A stretch of 64,000 bases of DNA, taken from an uncultured Candidatus Saccharibacteria bacterium. Its GTDB lineage: Bacteria; Patescibacteriota; Dojkabacteria; J137. The notes under the pieces are model-generated. The model saw nothing but the letters and a program-made list of their open reading frames with translations. It was not told where the DNA came from and made no database searches. The DNA is taken from NCBI GenBank assembly GCA_965230975.1, contig OZ246402.1:229771-293770 (forward strand). Reading direction: 5' to 3'. Shown here one piece after another: positions 17,728 through 28,117 of the stretch (the stretch's first letter is position 1; the number at the start of each line of letters is the position of its first letter). A program made the translations under genes and the position numbers.

Positions 17728-18729
17728 TTATTTTGTGTAGTTATCTTTATACCATTTCCACATGCTCTCAATCATCTCTTCTATATTACGTTTTGCTTCC
17801 CAAGAAAGCTCTTTTTTGGCTTTGGATGCATCGCATGTAGAAAATACTACATCTCCAGCTCGCCTTGGTGCTACTTCGTAATCTAGTTTTTGTTTGGTTA
17901 CATTTTCAAAGGCTTTTATAACTTCTAAAACTGTCGTGCCTTTTCCAGTTCCTAAATTAAATAAGAAACTACCGCTATTTTTCTCAAGGTAATCTAGTCC
18001 AGCTAAATGACCTTCAACAAGATCTAGTACATGTATATAGTCTCTCACGCCAGTACCGTCTCGGGTAGGGTAGTCAGTTCCAAATACCTTTAACTTCATT
18101 GGCCTTAATCCTAAATGAGACATCATTAGTGCCGGTATCAGATTTTGCGGGTTTTCTGCTTCCTCTCCAATTTCTCCTGTTTCTAAATTTCCTGCCAGGT
18201 TAAAGTATCTAAAAATTACAGAGCTTATTCCAAATGCTTTGTGTGCATCTTTTAAGATTTGCTCTACCATATATTTTGTCCAAGCATAGGGTGATTCCGG
18301 GCTTGGCTTATAATCTTCTGTGAGTGGTTTGTCATCTGTCATGCCATAAACTGCAGCTGTAGAAGAGAATACAATTTTGTTTACGGAATTAGCTTTTGCC
18401 CATTCCAGCAGATTAATTGTTCCGCCTACATTGTTTCTATAGTATTCAATTGGGTTTTCTACAGATTCTCCAACGGCTTTTTTTGCGGCAAAGTGTATTA
18501 TTGTATTGATATTATCAAGTTTTAAGGTTAAAAGTTCTTCTTGATTTGTTAAGTCAATATTGTAAAAGTCAATTTTGGTGTTAAACATCTTTTCTAAGAC
18601 CTTTAAGTTCTTTCCTGAAGAATTTGAGAGATTGTCTATTACAATGGGTTTAAAACCGCTTTTAAGTAGTAAATAGACCATATGAGAACCGATGTAACCG
18701 GCTCCGCCGGAGATTAATATATTTTTCAT
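17728..18729 (-). CDS. galE: UDP-glucose 4-epimerase / NAD-dependent sugar epimerase. The start is taken at MKNILISGG; the track ORF extends 24 codons further.
   Basis: ISGGAGYIGSH (Rossmann GxxGxxG), the catalytic YxxxK region and the C-terminal epimerase tail ...SKAKKELSWEAK. Confidence 0.8.
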   Translation of the reverse strand: MKNILISGGAGYIGSHMVYLLLKSGFKPIVIDNLSNSSGKNLKVLEKMFNTKIDFYNIDLTNQEELLTLKLDNINTIIHFAAKKAVGESVENPIEYYRNNVGGTINLLEWAKANSVNKIVFSSTAAVYGMTDDKPLTEDYKPSPESPYAWTKYMVEQILKDAHKAFGISSVIFRYFNLAGNLETGEIGEEAENPQNLIPALMMSHLGLRPMKLKVFGTDYPTRDGTGVRDYIHVLDLVEGHLAGLDYLEKNSGSFLFNLGTGKGTTVLEVIKAFENVTKQKLDYEVAPRRAGDVVFSTCDASKAKKELSWEAKRNIEEMIESMWKWYKDNYTK

Positions 18730-18806
18730 AAAGTCGTTTTGAATAATATCTAATATTTGATAGTATACGTTGTTAAGCATATAATAACTCTGTTCAAACA
18801 ATCAAT

Positions 18807-19661
18807 ATGAATAATGAAAGAATAACGGTTTATTATCCAAATCAACGTATTAAAGTTGGATTTTTCGCAGCTTGGGCATTGATGGTAAAAAATATTATTA
18901 AATCTAGAGAGTTAATTTGGCAACTTTTTAGAAGAGATTTTTTAATGGCTTACAAAAAGTCTTTTTTTGGATTTAGTTGGTTAATAATTTCACCGTTAAT
19001 CGGAGTAGCGTCATGGGTTTTATTAAATGCTACTGGAATTCTTTCACCTGGATCAATAGACATCGCATTTTTGCCTTATGTCCTTTTAGGATCGTCATTA
19101 TGGGGGTTATTCATTGGCTTCTATTCATCTGCAATGGGAACATTAGATGCAGGAGCAGGTTTTATTAATCAAGTTAAATACCCACATGAGGCTTTACTTG
19201 TTAAGCAAACAGCTCAGCATTTAGCTAATTTTCTTACAACATTTGTATTAAATATTATTGTATTAGTTCTTTTCAGAGTTCAAATTCCTATAGAGATTAT
19301 TTTGTTTCCTATCGTTATTTTACCTTTATTCTTTTTAGGAGCAGGTATGGGTTTAATCATGTCTGTAATAAATGTTGTTGCACCGGATATCCCTAGATTG
19401 TTTGGAGTCTTTTTAAGTTTCTTGTTTTACGCAACTCCTATTGTTTATTCAGATCAAGTTTCTAGCCCTTTCTTGCAAAAATTGATAGAACTTAATCCGC
19501 TAACCTATTTAATTGGAGGTGTTAGAGATTTAATTATTAAAGGTGAATTAAAAGATATTAATATTTTTCTTACTTTATCTATTGTGTCCTTTGTTTTCTT
19601 TATGTTGGCATGGAGATTGTTCTATGTCTCTGAAGATAAAGCAATAGAAAAAATGATTTAA
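18807..19661 (+). CDS. wzm: ABC-2 type polysaccharide/teichoic-acid export permease (Wzm/TagG-like).
   Basis: About six transmembrane helices, 284 aa, immediately upstream of the cognate ATPase. The arrangement is typical of ABC-2 transporters. Confidence 0.7.
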   Translation: MNNERITVYYPNQRIKVGFFAAWALMVKNIIKSRELIWQLFRRDFLMAYKKSFFGFSWLIISPLIGVASWVLLNATGILSPGSIDIAFLPYVLLGSSLWGLFIGFYSSAMGTLDAGAGFINQVKYPHEALLVKQTAQHLANFLTTFVLNIIVLVLFRVQIPIEIILFPIVILPLFFLGAGMGLIMSVINVVAPDIPRLFGVFLSFLFYATPIVYSDQVSSPFLQKLIELNPLTYLIGGVRDLIIKGELKDINIFLTLSIVSFVFFMLAWRLFYVSEDKAIEKMI

Positions 19662-19665
19662 ACTT

Positions 19666-20922
19666 ATGGATGAAAATACAGTAATAAAAGTTGACGGTTT
19701 ATATAAAAAATTTTCAAGAAGCATTAAGCGAAGTATGATTTATGGTTCTGCAGATATTGCGAAAAGTATGTTAGGTATTTCGCCTAATACTGGAAAGTTA
19801 AGAAAAGGAGAATTTTGGGCTTTGGAAGATATAAGTTTTGAACTTAAAAAGGGTGAGGCATTGGGAATAATAGGTATAAATGGGTCTGGAAAATCTACTC
19901 TATTAAGATTACTAACAGGGATTTTCCCTCCTGACAAAGGAAAGATTCAAATTAATGGAACGATTGGATCCCTAATTGCCGTAGGTGCGGGTTTTCACCC
20001 ACACATGACAGGAAGAGAAAATGTCTATTTAAATGGAACAATATTAGGAATGACTAAAGGAGAGATTGATGAAAAATTCCAATCAATCATTGACTTTGCA
20101 GATATTGGAGATTTTATTGATGCTCCAGTATCCACTTATTCATCAGGTATGAGAGTCAGATTGGGTTTTGCAATAGCGATAAAGGGTAAACCAGATATTT
20201 TATTGATCGACGAAATCTTAAGCGTTGGAGATTTAAGTTTTAGGAATAAGAGCTTGAGACAAATGGCGGAATATAGAAGAAACGCCAAAGCTCTGATTTT
20301 TGTTAGTCATGATATGGAGCAAATTAGAAATCTCTGCGACAAAGTTATTTTGATTGATAAAGGTAAAGTGGTGTTCAATGGTGATGTTACAAAAGGGGTA
20401 GTTATGTTTGAAGAACTTACTAGAGATATTCGATTAAAAACTTTGAAAAAGGAAGGAGAGTTAAATAAAGTAATGAATACATTTGACACAGAAGCAATAA
20501 CAATAAAAGAAGCAGGTTTGTTATCTGAAGAAAATAAAAGCATTATTGAATTAGAACTAGGTTCATCCCTTAAAGCTTTTATTGATTTTGAGGTAAAGCA
20601 AATGATCGAAAGCTTAAGTATTAATCTCCCAATAGTAAGAGATGATAATCTTGATGTTTATTGTATAAACGCATTTAGCGATATAAATATAAGGTTTGAA
20701 AATTTGAAACCTGGTAACTATAAAGCTGTCTTAAAATTAGAAAAGCATAATCTTAATGCAGGAGTTTATAAATTTGGAACATTAACTTTCAGAAATAATA
20801 AGACTTTAGAAACTTTCATTAAGTCTAAAATCGATTTTGTATTTAAGGTTAAGTCAGATGGAAAAACTTATGAAAGAGGATTTATAGATACAAATCAAGA
20901 ATGGAGTTTAATTAACGAATAA
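19666..20922 (+). CDS. wzt: Polysaccharide export ABC ATPase (Wzt/TagH-like) with a C-terminal extension of about 170 aa, plausibly a glycan-cap-binding Wzt_C domain.
   Basis: Walker A GINGSGKSTLL, the ABC signature YSSGMRVRLGFA and Walker B ILLIDE. The ATPase core is about 240 aa and is followed by a beta-rich C-terminal extension. Confidence 0.8.
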   Translation: MDENTVIKVDGLYKKFSRSIKRSMIYGSADIAKSMLGISPNTGKLRKGEFWALEDISFELKKGEALGIIGINGSGKSTLLRLLTGIFPPDKGKIQINGTIGSLIAVGAGFHPHMTGRENVYLNGTILGMTKGEIDEKFQSIIDFADIGDFIDAPVSTYSSGMRVRLGFAIAIKGKPDILLIDEILSVGDLSFRNKSLRQMAEYRRNAKALIFVSHDMEQIRNLCDKVILIDKGKVVFNGDVTKGVVMFEELTRDIRLKTLKKEGELNKVMNTFDTEAITIKEAGLLSEENKSIIELELGSSLKAFIDFEVKQMIESLSINLPIVRDDNLDVYCINAFSDINIRFENLKPGNYKAVLKLEKHNLNAGVYKFGTLTFRNNKTLETFIKSKIDFVFKVKSDGKTYERGFIDTNQEWSLINE

Positions 20923-20928
20923 CTAACA

Positions 20929-21624
20929 ATGAAAAACTTTTTTAAAATATCTAAGCCTTTTAAGTCAACTGTGTTTGATAATTACGATGATTATAAAAAG
21001 ATACAATACAGGTCAGATCCAAAAGAGTTTTTGGATTCGAGATTGAAGATTACATCGTCGTTTACTTATATAATTCCAGAACTAATACGATTAGGAATTA
21101 ATATACCTGTAAAAGAATCGGAAGGAATAACAAAAGGTCAGCTAAAAGGAAATGAGATTAAAATTTTAGATGCTGGTTGCAGGGATGGTTGGACAATAGA
21201 GTTTTTAAACTCTCTTGGTTACACTAATGTAACAGGTTTAGAATTATTTGATGAATATGTAAATTATTGCAATGAACGTGGTAGAAAGGCAGTAAAGGGA
21301 GATGTTCATGATTTAGAATTTAAAGAAGGAATATTTGATTTTGTATATTGCAGGCATACACTTGAACATTGCCTTGATCCAGTAAAAGTTATAGGTGAAT
21401 TTTTAAGAGTTACTAAAAAAGGAGGAGCTGTTTATATTAGTTTCCCTTTAGAGTCAGAGACCTTTGGAAAGCATACAACAGCTATTCCAAATGTTGAGGC
21501 CGTTAACGCTATACTTTCTAAGATTAAATTAAAATTCAATCCAATTTATGTTGACAAAACAGAAAATCTTAAAGAGATCATACCAGAAGGTGAAGAAATG
21601 ATAATTTTTCTTCAAAAGACATGA
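20929..21624 (+). CDS. Class I SAM-dependent methyltransferase.
   Basis: ILDAGCRDGWTIEFL (motif I) and VYCRHTLEH (motif II/III-like). Confidence 0.65.
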   Translation: MKNFFKISKPFKSTVFDNYDDYKKIQYRSDPKEFLDSRLKITSSFTYIIPELIRLGINIPVKESEGITKGQLKGNEIKILDAGCRDGWTIEFLNSLGYTNVTGLELFDEYVNYCNERGRKAVKGDVHDLEFKEGIFDFVYCRHTLEHCLDPVKVIGEFLRVTKKGGAVYISFPLESETFGKHTTAIPNVEAVNAILSKIKLKFNPIYVDKTENLKEIIPEGEEMIIFLQKT

Positions 21625-22481
21625 TTAACGCCATAACAAAAATAACCAATAACCTAGGACTAAAAAGATTCCAGTTAAAAAGACTGGATAGATTTGAAAC
21701 CTTAAATTATCTTATAGATAATAATTTATCAATTTCTAGATTTGGAGATGGGGAATGTTCTATTGCATTTGATCATAAAGGAATTCATTTTCAAGAGTAT
21801 TCAGATGATTTAAAAGACAAACTGTTAAAAGTGTTAACTACAAAGAACGATAAAATACTAGTTTCATTTAATAATAGTTTTGTTGATGAGTCAAAATATA
21901 GGGTAATTGTAAAATATGGAAGAACTGGCAAAGTTTACGATAGCTTCGAAACAATTAAGTTAGCAAATGACATAGGTATTTTAGAAAGAAAAAATGAACA
22001 AATTTTCTACAAAGGAAAATTTCGTGAAATAAGAAGAATTTTTAAAAATCCAATACTAGGTGATGCAACAGTATTTTACATTGGGTTTTACTATAAGGAG
22101 TATCAAAAAGCAAATTTAGAAATAGTATTTGAGTTATATAAAAGACTGTTTAAAGATAAGAGAATATTGTTTGTTTGTCCCGAAAATCCCCTTATGAGCA
22201 AATCTTTTAGGACTTTAATAGAAGAGGGAGTTATTCAAAGTCATGAGGATGCTACATTTTATTTTGTTCCCTCAACAAATGCTTTCTCAAAATATAAAGA
22301 AATCTTAGAAAGTATTTTAGAGAGACAAGATACTTTTGATTTAGTTATTATACAAGCGGGTCCTACTGCTACGGTATTAGCTCACGAGTTATCAACTAAA
22401 CATAATATAAAAGCATATGATGTAGGCTCACTAAACGAATCCATCTATAAAGTTTGGATGGATACTAATTTTATATTTTAA
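21621..22481 (+). CDS. Hypothetical protein, possibly a DUF1792/GT-D-type glycosyltransferase.
   Basis: The SISRFGDGE motif contains a D-x-E. From memory this resembles the DUF1792 metal-binding motif, but this could not be verified. Confidence 0.3.
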   Translation: MINAITKITNNLGLKRFQLKRLDRFETLNYLIDNNLSISRFGDGECSIAFDHKGIHFQEYSDDLKDKLLKVLTTKNDKILVSFNNSFVDESKYRVIVKYGRTGKVYDSFETIKLANDIGILERKNEQIFYKGKFREIRRIFKNPILGDATVFYIGFYYKEYQKANLEIVFELYKRLFKDKRILFVCPENPLMSKSFRTLIEEGVIQSHEDATFYFVPSTNAFSKYKEILESILERQDTFDLVIIQAGPTATVLAHELSTKHNIKAYDVGSLNESIYKVWMDTNFIF

Positions 22482-22490
22482 GTAAGTTGA

Positions 22491-23111
22491 ATGAATCTTT
22501 TGAAAAAAATAATAAATTTGAAATCAAAGAATTTTGATTTTGATGCATATTTAAAAAAAATAAACCCAGAGGATATTGTTATTGATTGCGGTGCGAATGT
22601 TGGAACAATAACCACCCAACTAGCGGCCACAGGAGCTAAAGTCTATTCTTTTGAACCAAATCCTTACGCATTTGCAGAATTAAAGCGTAATACAGAATTA
22701 TTAAATAATGTGACATTGTTTAATAAAGGGGTTTGGGATAGATCAACAAAGATTAAACTATTTTTACATAAAAACGCTGAAGATAATCCTGTTTATTGGT
22801 CCCAAGGTTCTTCAATATTAGTAGAGAAACCAAATGTTAATCAAGAAAATTTTGTTGATATTGAGGTTGTTGATTTAATCAAGTTTATACAGGATTTAAA
22901 TCATAAAGTAAAATTTTTAAAAATTGATGTCGAGGGTGCAGAGTATGAAATACTTGATAAACTAATTGAAACAGGTGCTTATAAGTTAGTTGACTTAATT
23001 GTGGCAGAAACACATGCACATAAAATCCAGAATTTAATTGACAAAGATAAATCTATAAGAGCAAAAATAGCTAGAAATAAAATAAAGAATATTTCACTAG
23101 AATGGATATAA
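22491..23111 (+). CDS. FkbM-family methyltransferase.
   Basis: VIDCGANVGTIT matches the FkbM-family DvGAN.G motif. 206 aa. Confidence 0.6.
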   Translation: MNLLKKIINLKSKNFDFDAYLKKINPEDIVIDCGANVGTITTQLAATGAKVYSFEPNPYAFAELKRNTELLNNVTLFNKGVWDRSTKIKLFLHKNAEDNPVYWSQGSSILVEKPNVNQENFVDIEVVDLIKFIQDLNHKVKFLKIDVEGAEYEILDKLIETGAYKLVDLIVAETHAHKIQNLIDKDKSIRAKIARNKIKNISLEWI

Positions 23112-24649
23112 AAATTAATTGGGACAAGTTATTTAAATATGCAACATTTGGTTTTGCGTTAATTTCATTACTGATTCTAGTCCATAACGTTTTTGCTAAT
23201 AAATTTGAAGACTCTTATGATTATTTTGCACATCTAGAAGTGTTAGAGTATTACTCAAAACCCTTCAACATTAATTTAGTCACACCTGATAATTTTAGAT
23301 TTTCATATAACGCACCACTTTATTACATAATTATTGGGAAAATACATTTTCTGGCAGAATATTTACTTAAAGTAGACTTTAATCCTTTTTTAACAGCTCG
23401 AATATTGCACTTAATCGGGTTCTTAACTGTTTGGTATCTGGTTGTATTCAGACTATTAAAAAAATTGGGACTGAGTAACTTAAATAAGCTTATTTTCACT
23501 TTATTATTTTTTATAATTCCTAACCAGTATCTTGGTTTGTTAATGGTTAGAGCAGATCATCTTGCATTCATTTCGTTAGGTTTATTAATCTACTTTTGGT
23601 TTTACTACGATTTTTTAAGACAGATACATCATTCAACTTGGAGAAAAATAGTTTGGGGGTTGTTACTAATCGGAATCGGTAACAGCAGACATTTACTATT
23701 ACCTATTTGTTTACTATTCCTTAGTTTAGGTAGTTGGAAGATACTTTTCCCATTGAGCAGATTGAAAATAAAAAAGACTATTTTAAATTCAATATTTATT
23801 TTAATAGTAATAACTTTAGCATTTAATTTCTACATAATAAGAATAATTAGCACTGGAAGCCCAACAAGCTATGCTACATCCGATATGTATGTAAAAAAAT
23901 ATGAGATTTATGAAACTTACAGACCCTTATCTTACAAATTAGAAATGTTATTTAATTTTGAGTTCGACAGAATGTTTACCTTACCAAATAGGCAAACTAT
24001 TTATGGAGGTTTTACGAATTTTAATCCTGAGTCGATAGATAAACTTTTATATGAAGAAAAGATTTACCCTGTTATAGTTTCAAAAGGTTTAGACTTAGAT
24101 ACTTATATTTTGCAAGATGGGAATTACATACTTAACAAAGATAAAGATCAAATAACTAAGGCCTATGGTTATGCAGCTGTATATTCGGTAATAAACTACA
24201 ATAACGCATATTTTCCTAGATTAATAAACGATATGTGGGGAGATCACTGGTTATATTTTTCCGGTCCTCGAAGCGTTGATAATGAAGTAAAAGAAAAACA
24301 AGTAGTCTTATTAGTGACAATACCATTAACACTAATTTATTTTGGAAGTGGAATTTGGATACTTATAAAATCAATTCGAAAGAAAGACTGGAAGTCTTTT
24401 ATAGATATTCAAAATTTACTAATTATTTTATTTCTAGTTAGTTTTACTACACTAACCATATACTCATCTTTCATATTTACAGAGGCGGGCAAGAACTCAA
24501 TTGTAAAATTCATATATTTAGGTGCTTTTTTTTATTTACCATTTTTAAGTTTAAGTATTTATCTTAAAAACAAGGTAAAAACTTCTGTTTTATTACTTAT
24601 TTATTTCATAATTGTGTATATAATTTCTATACCATTATATATTTACTAA
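23102..24649 (+). CDS. Polytopic membrane protein, possibly a GT-C-type glycosyltransferase or polymerase.
   Basis: More than ten predicted transmembrane helices and 515 aa, embedded in the glycan locus. No specific motif was recognised. Confidence 0.35.
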   Translation: MDIKINWDKLFKYATFGFALISLLILVHNVFANKFEDSYDYFAHLEVLEYYSKPFNINLVTPDNFRFSYNAPLYYIIIGKIHFLAEYLLKVDFNPFLTARILHLIGFLTVWYLVVFRLLKKLGLSNLNKLIFTLLFFIIPNQYLGLLMVRADHLAFISLGLLIYFWFYYDFLRQIHHSTWRKIVWGLLLIGIGNSRHLLLPICLLFLSLGSWKILFPLSRLKIKKTILNSIFILIVITLAFNFYIIRIISTGSPTSYATSDMYVKKYEIYETYRPLSYKLEMLFNFEFDRMFTLPNRQTIYGGFTNFNPESIDKLLYEEKIYPVIVSKGLDLDTYILQDGNYILNKDKDQITKAYGYAAVYSVINYNNAYFPRLINDMWGDHWLYFSGPRSVDNEVKEKQVVLLVTIPLTLIYFGSGIWILIKSIRKKDWKSFIDIQNLLIILFLVSFTTLTIYSSFIFTEAGKNSIVKFIYLGAFFYLPFLSLSIYLKNKVKTSVLLLIYFIIVYIISIPLYIY

Positions 24650-25630
24650 ATGATCAAAATATATTTACCAAATACTGAAAATTATACAGGAGGACCCAAA
24701 ACTTTTTTAATGAACTTAAAGAAGTACATAGACTCTAATCCGGAAATCGAAATTGTCGATATTGATTTAAATTCAAACGTGATATTGTTTCCGGTAGAGT
24801 ATCCAAAAGGCAGACTATCAGAACTTAAAGATAAAAATATAAAGATAATACAAAGGTTGGATGGAGTCTTTTACCCTTCCAAGCATACAGCTCAACAAGT
24901 AGAGTTTAATCAATCAATCAAGTATATATACGATAACTTTGCCGATTACATTATTTTTCAAAGTGACTATGGAAAAAGACAATGTTTCGAGATGCTTGGA
25001 CCCAAATCATCTAATAAATATTCGATAATAATAAATGGGGCAGATAAAGAATTATTTCAGCCTACAAAAAAAGAGTTAGATACTTCCTGTATTCGATTCG
25101 TTACCACAGGTAATTTCCGAAACGAAGATATGTTAAGTCCTCTTATACAAGCATTAGATCTTTTAGAGAACAAATATAAATTTGAATTTACAATTATTGG
25201 AAAAGTGACCAACGAAAAGTTGAAACCTCTGTTAAAAAGAGGATTTGTAAAACATTTTAAAAATATTGATCATTCCTCAATGATAGATTATTTAGCTAAA
25301 TCTGATATTTTTCTTTATTCTTTTATTAATCCGGTGTGCCCTAATTCTGTTATAGAAGCAATCTCAATAGGACTACCCGTTGTCGGTCTTAATAGCGGCT
25401 CTATGCCAGAATTATTATCTTTCAATACAAATCTTTTAGCAGAAGTAAGTAGTGATCTTTTTCAACTAGATTCAGATATTAATCCTGAAAGATTAGCATT
25501 AAAGATAGAGGAATTAATTTTAAATTTTGATGAATATAAAAATAATTCTCTGAATAATGCACATTTATACTCTATGGAAGAATGTGCTAAGGAGTATATT
25601 AAGGTAATAAAGAAAGTTGTAACTAAGTAA
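24650..25630 (+). CDS. Glycosyltransferase family 4 (GT-B, group 1).
   Basis: C-terminal EAISIGLPVVGLNSGSMPELL matches the GT4 E-x7-E region. Confidence 0.7.
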   Translation: MIKIYLPNTENYTGGPKTFLMNLKKYIDSNPEIEIVDIDLNSNVILFPVEYPKGRLSELKDKNIKIIQRLDGVFYPSKHTAQQVEFNQSIKYIYDNFADYIIFQSDYGKRQCFEMLGPKSSNKYSIIINGADKELFQPTKKELDTSCIRFVTTGNFRNEDMLSPLIQALDLLENKYKFEFTIIGKVTNEKLKPLLKRGFVKHFKNIDHSSMIDYLAKSDIFLYSFINPVCPNSVIEAISIGLPVVGLNSGSMPELLSFNTNLLAEVSSDLFQLDSDINPERLALKIEELILNFDEYKNNSLNNAHLYSMEECAKEYIKVIKKVVTK

Positions 25631-25637
25631 ACAAGAA

Positions 25638-25802
25638 ATGTTTATTGAAGATACAAAAGCACCAACCACTGAGTTACCAATTACTTATGCAGATATATTA
25701 AAATTTGGATTTAAAACGGGTTATAAACCAAGAATTAATGCTAAAGAAGGTGTAAATTTGTTTCTTGATTGGTATATTAAATACTATAATTATAAGATTT
25801 AA
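25638..25802 (+). pseudogene. Remnant of the C-terminal end of an NAD-dependent sugar epimerase/dehydratase gene (54 codons).
   Basis: The translation MFIEDTKAPTTELPITYADILKFGFKTGYKPRINAKEGVNLFLDWYIKYYNYKI matches the conserved C-terminal tail of SDR-type epimerases (..D.SKA...LG..P....EGL...V.WY). Nothing precedes it in frame. Confidence 0.5.
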
Positions 25803-25810
25803 GAAAATTT

Positions 25811-26719
25811 ATGAATTCACCTAAGGTTTCGATAATTGTAACTTTATATAATTTAGGGGAGTATATTGCAGACGCCCTGAATTCTGCCTTGCAGCAGGAC
25901 TATGATAATTTTGATGTGTATTTGGTTAATGATGGTTCTACTGAAGAACTATCGAAAGAAAGAGTGTTATTTTATAAATCACAGAATATTCCCAATCTAA
26001 TCATTTTAGACCTAGAGAATCAAGGTGTAGTTAAAGCTAGGAATTTTGCAGCTTCAAAAAGCGATGCTAAGTACATTCTTTTTTTAGACGGGGATGATAT
26101 TTTGAGAAGTGACTATTTGAAAAAAACAGTGAACACTTTTTTGAGTTCAAAATCAGAGAAGCTAGGTTTTGTAACTACTGATTACCAGCATTTTGGTAAT
26201 AGCAGCTCATTTGTAGATATTCCTTTACCGAATATTCCTACTATGTTGGTTAAGAATAGTGCCCACACATCCTCTTTGATTCTAAAAGATGCATTTGAAT
26301 CAGTAAAAGGTTACGACATTAAATTCACTGGATACATGGATTGGGATCTGTGGCTTAGTATTATTGAGAAAGGATTTACTTGGCAGGTTATTAAGGAACC
26401 CCTATTTAATTATAGAGTAAGGTCAGGTTCGATGGTTACAAAGAGCATTCAAAATTTTGAAAATCTCTTTTCAATTCTTCAAAAGAAGCACATAAAACTA
26501 TACAGAGAAAACTGCGATTCGGTTATAACTGCTTTACAATTGAATTACATTCAAGTATTTAAAGAACTAGATTTAAAAAACCAACATATTGATTATATTA
26601 CTGACGCGTTTAATAAGCTTGAAAAAGAATTAGTCATTACACAGACTCAGCTTAAAAAAATTAAATCGAAAAAGATATATAAATTTTTATCATTTATTAA
26701 TAAATTTCTAAAACTGTAA
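25811..26719 (+). CDS. Glycosyltransferase family 2.
   Basis: VSIIVTLYNLGEYIADALNSALQQDYDNFDVYLVNDGSTE and a DGDD motif. Confidence 0.75.
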   Translation: MNSPKVSIIVTLYNLGEYIADALNSALQQDYDNFDVYLVNDGSTEELSKERVLFYKSQNIPNLIILDLENQGVVKARNFAASKSDAKYILFLDGDDILRSDYLKKTVNTFLSSKSEKLGFVTTDYQHFGNSSSFVDIPLPNIPTMLVKNSAHTSSLILKDAFESVKGYDIKFTGYMDWDLWLSIIEKGFTWQVIKEPLFNYRVRSGSMVTKSIQNFENLFSILQKKHIKLYRENCDSVITALQLNYIQVFKELDLKNQHIDYITDAFNKLEKELVITQTQLKKIKSKKIYKFLSFINKFLKL

Positions 26720-26733
26720 AATTATAAATAATT

Positions 26734-28101
26734 ATGGAAAAAAAAGACTACATCAAATTACAAACAGATTTAATTTATAATAAAGATAGACTAAGTCAAT
26801 TACAAAACTCATATCAGTTTAAATTGGGTAATTTAATATTCTCCTTTTTCAAGAAACCTTGGTTATTGCTAATTTCGCCTTTACTAATTCTTAGATTTAT
26901 CTTAGACCTTATATTTGCAATTATTAAACGAAAGTTAGTGCCAGCAGTATATAGATTTATTAATAGGAATTGGCCTTCAGATAAAATTGCATTTGCGCTG
27001 AACTTAGGTTTAGTAGGGGGTACAGAAAAAGTTTTTGAAAAGCATGTTAGATTTGCAGCTGAAAAGTATGATGTAGAAGTATTTTTTAATAAAGCTTCTG
27101 GCCCAATAGCTGATTCTTTAAAAAAGGATTTTAAGGTAGGGGAGGGAAGAGTGTTGAGTTATCAAATGCTAAGACATAAATACATTTACTTAGCACAGAC
27201 ATTTCCCAATATCAGGTTTATTAAAGAAGCTAATCCTAATGCCAGAATAAGCTTTATACTTCACGAACACCTTTCCGGTTGGTTAGAAACGTTTCAAAAT
27301 AGTCCAGATACAGTTTTATTTGATCATATATTTTGTATAAGCAAACTTGTTAGAGACAAGTTCTTAGATAAAGTACCGTGGTACCCTGAGGAAAGAGTCA
27401 GTGTTCTGTATAACCCCCACTTTAACGGTAATGAAGATCCTAAGATAGTAAAAAATAAAAATGTAGATCCTAATAAGTTTGTACTTGGATATCTTGGTAG
27501 AATAAGCCCAGAAAAGAATACATTGGGGCTTGTTCAGATTTTTAAACAATTTAACAAAATAATGCCAAATACAAAATTAGTATTAGCAGGACCTATTCAT
27601 GAGCATGTACCAGAATATAAGGAGTTGTTTCTTAATGAAATTAAAGATAATCCAAATATTGAATATATAGGTTCCATAGGTGGTCCTGGTCAAATCACTG
27701 GAGGTGAGTTCTTTTCTAAACTAGATGGCATAGCTTTTAGTTCTTTTGTTGAAGGCATCTCTTTGGTTGCTACAGAAGCAATGTCATTTGGGCTGCCAGT
27801 TATCACTACGAATGTTGGTGCAATGTCAGAGGCAGTTATTGAGGGCAAAACAGGAATGCTTGTTGATATTGAACCAATAGATTTCAACCCATTTTCTGAA
27901 CAGAAACCACCTTTCAAAAGCCTGACTAAGAAAGATGAAGAAGAGTATGTTAAGGTATTAAAAAAGTTTGTTAAACACAAATGGGATAATTCCGAAATAT
28001 TTAATCAAACTATAGAGGTTTTTGGTCTAGATTTTGCAAGAACGAGATTTATGAATGAGCTTGATAAAATTATTCAATCTCAACCCATAAGGTTGGATTA
28101 A
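26734..28101 (+). CDS. Glycosyltransferase family 4 with an N-terminal membrane-associated extension.
   Basis: GRISPEKN and EGISLVATEAMSFGLPVITTNVGAMSEAV. Confidence 0.7.
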   Translation: MEKKDYIKLQTDLIYNKDRLSQLQNSYQFKLGNLIFSFFKKPWLLLISPLLILRFILDLIFAIIKRKLVPAVYRFINRNWPSDKIAFALNLGLVGGTEKVFEKHVRFAAEKYDVEVFFNKASGPIADSLKKDFKVGEGRVLSYQMLRHKYIYLAQTFPNIRFIKEANPNARISFILHEHLSGWLETFQNSPDTVLFDHIFCISKLVRDKFLDKVPWYPEERVSVLYNPHFNGNEDPKIVKNKNVDPNKFVLGYLGRISPEKNTLGLVQIFKQFNKIMPNTKLVLAGPIHEHVPEYKELFLNEIKDNPNIEYIGSIGGPGQITGGEFFSKLDGIAFSSFVEGISLVATEAMSFGLPVITTNVGAMSEAVIEGKTGMLVDIEPIDFNPFSEQKPPFKSLTKKDEEEYVKVLKKFVKHKWDNSEIFNQTIEVFGLDFARTRFMNELDKIIQSQPIRLD

Positions 28102-28117
28102 CGAAAATCTTTTAGTG

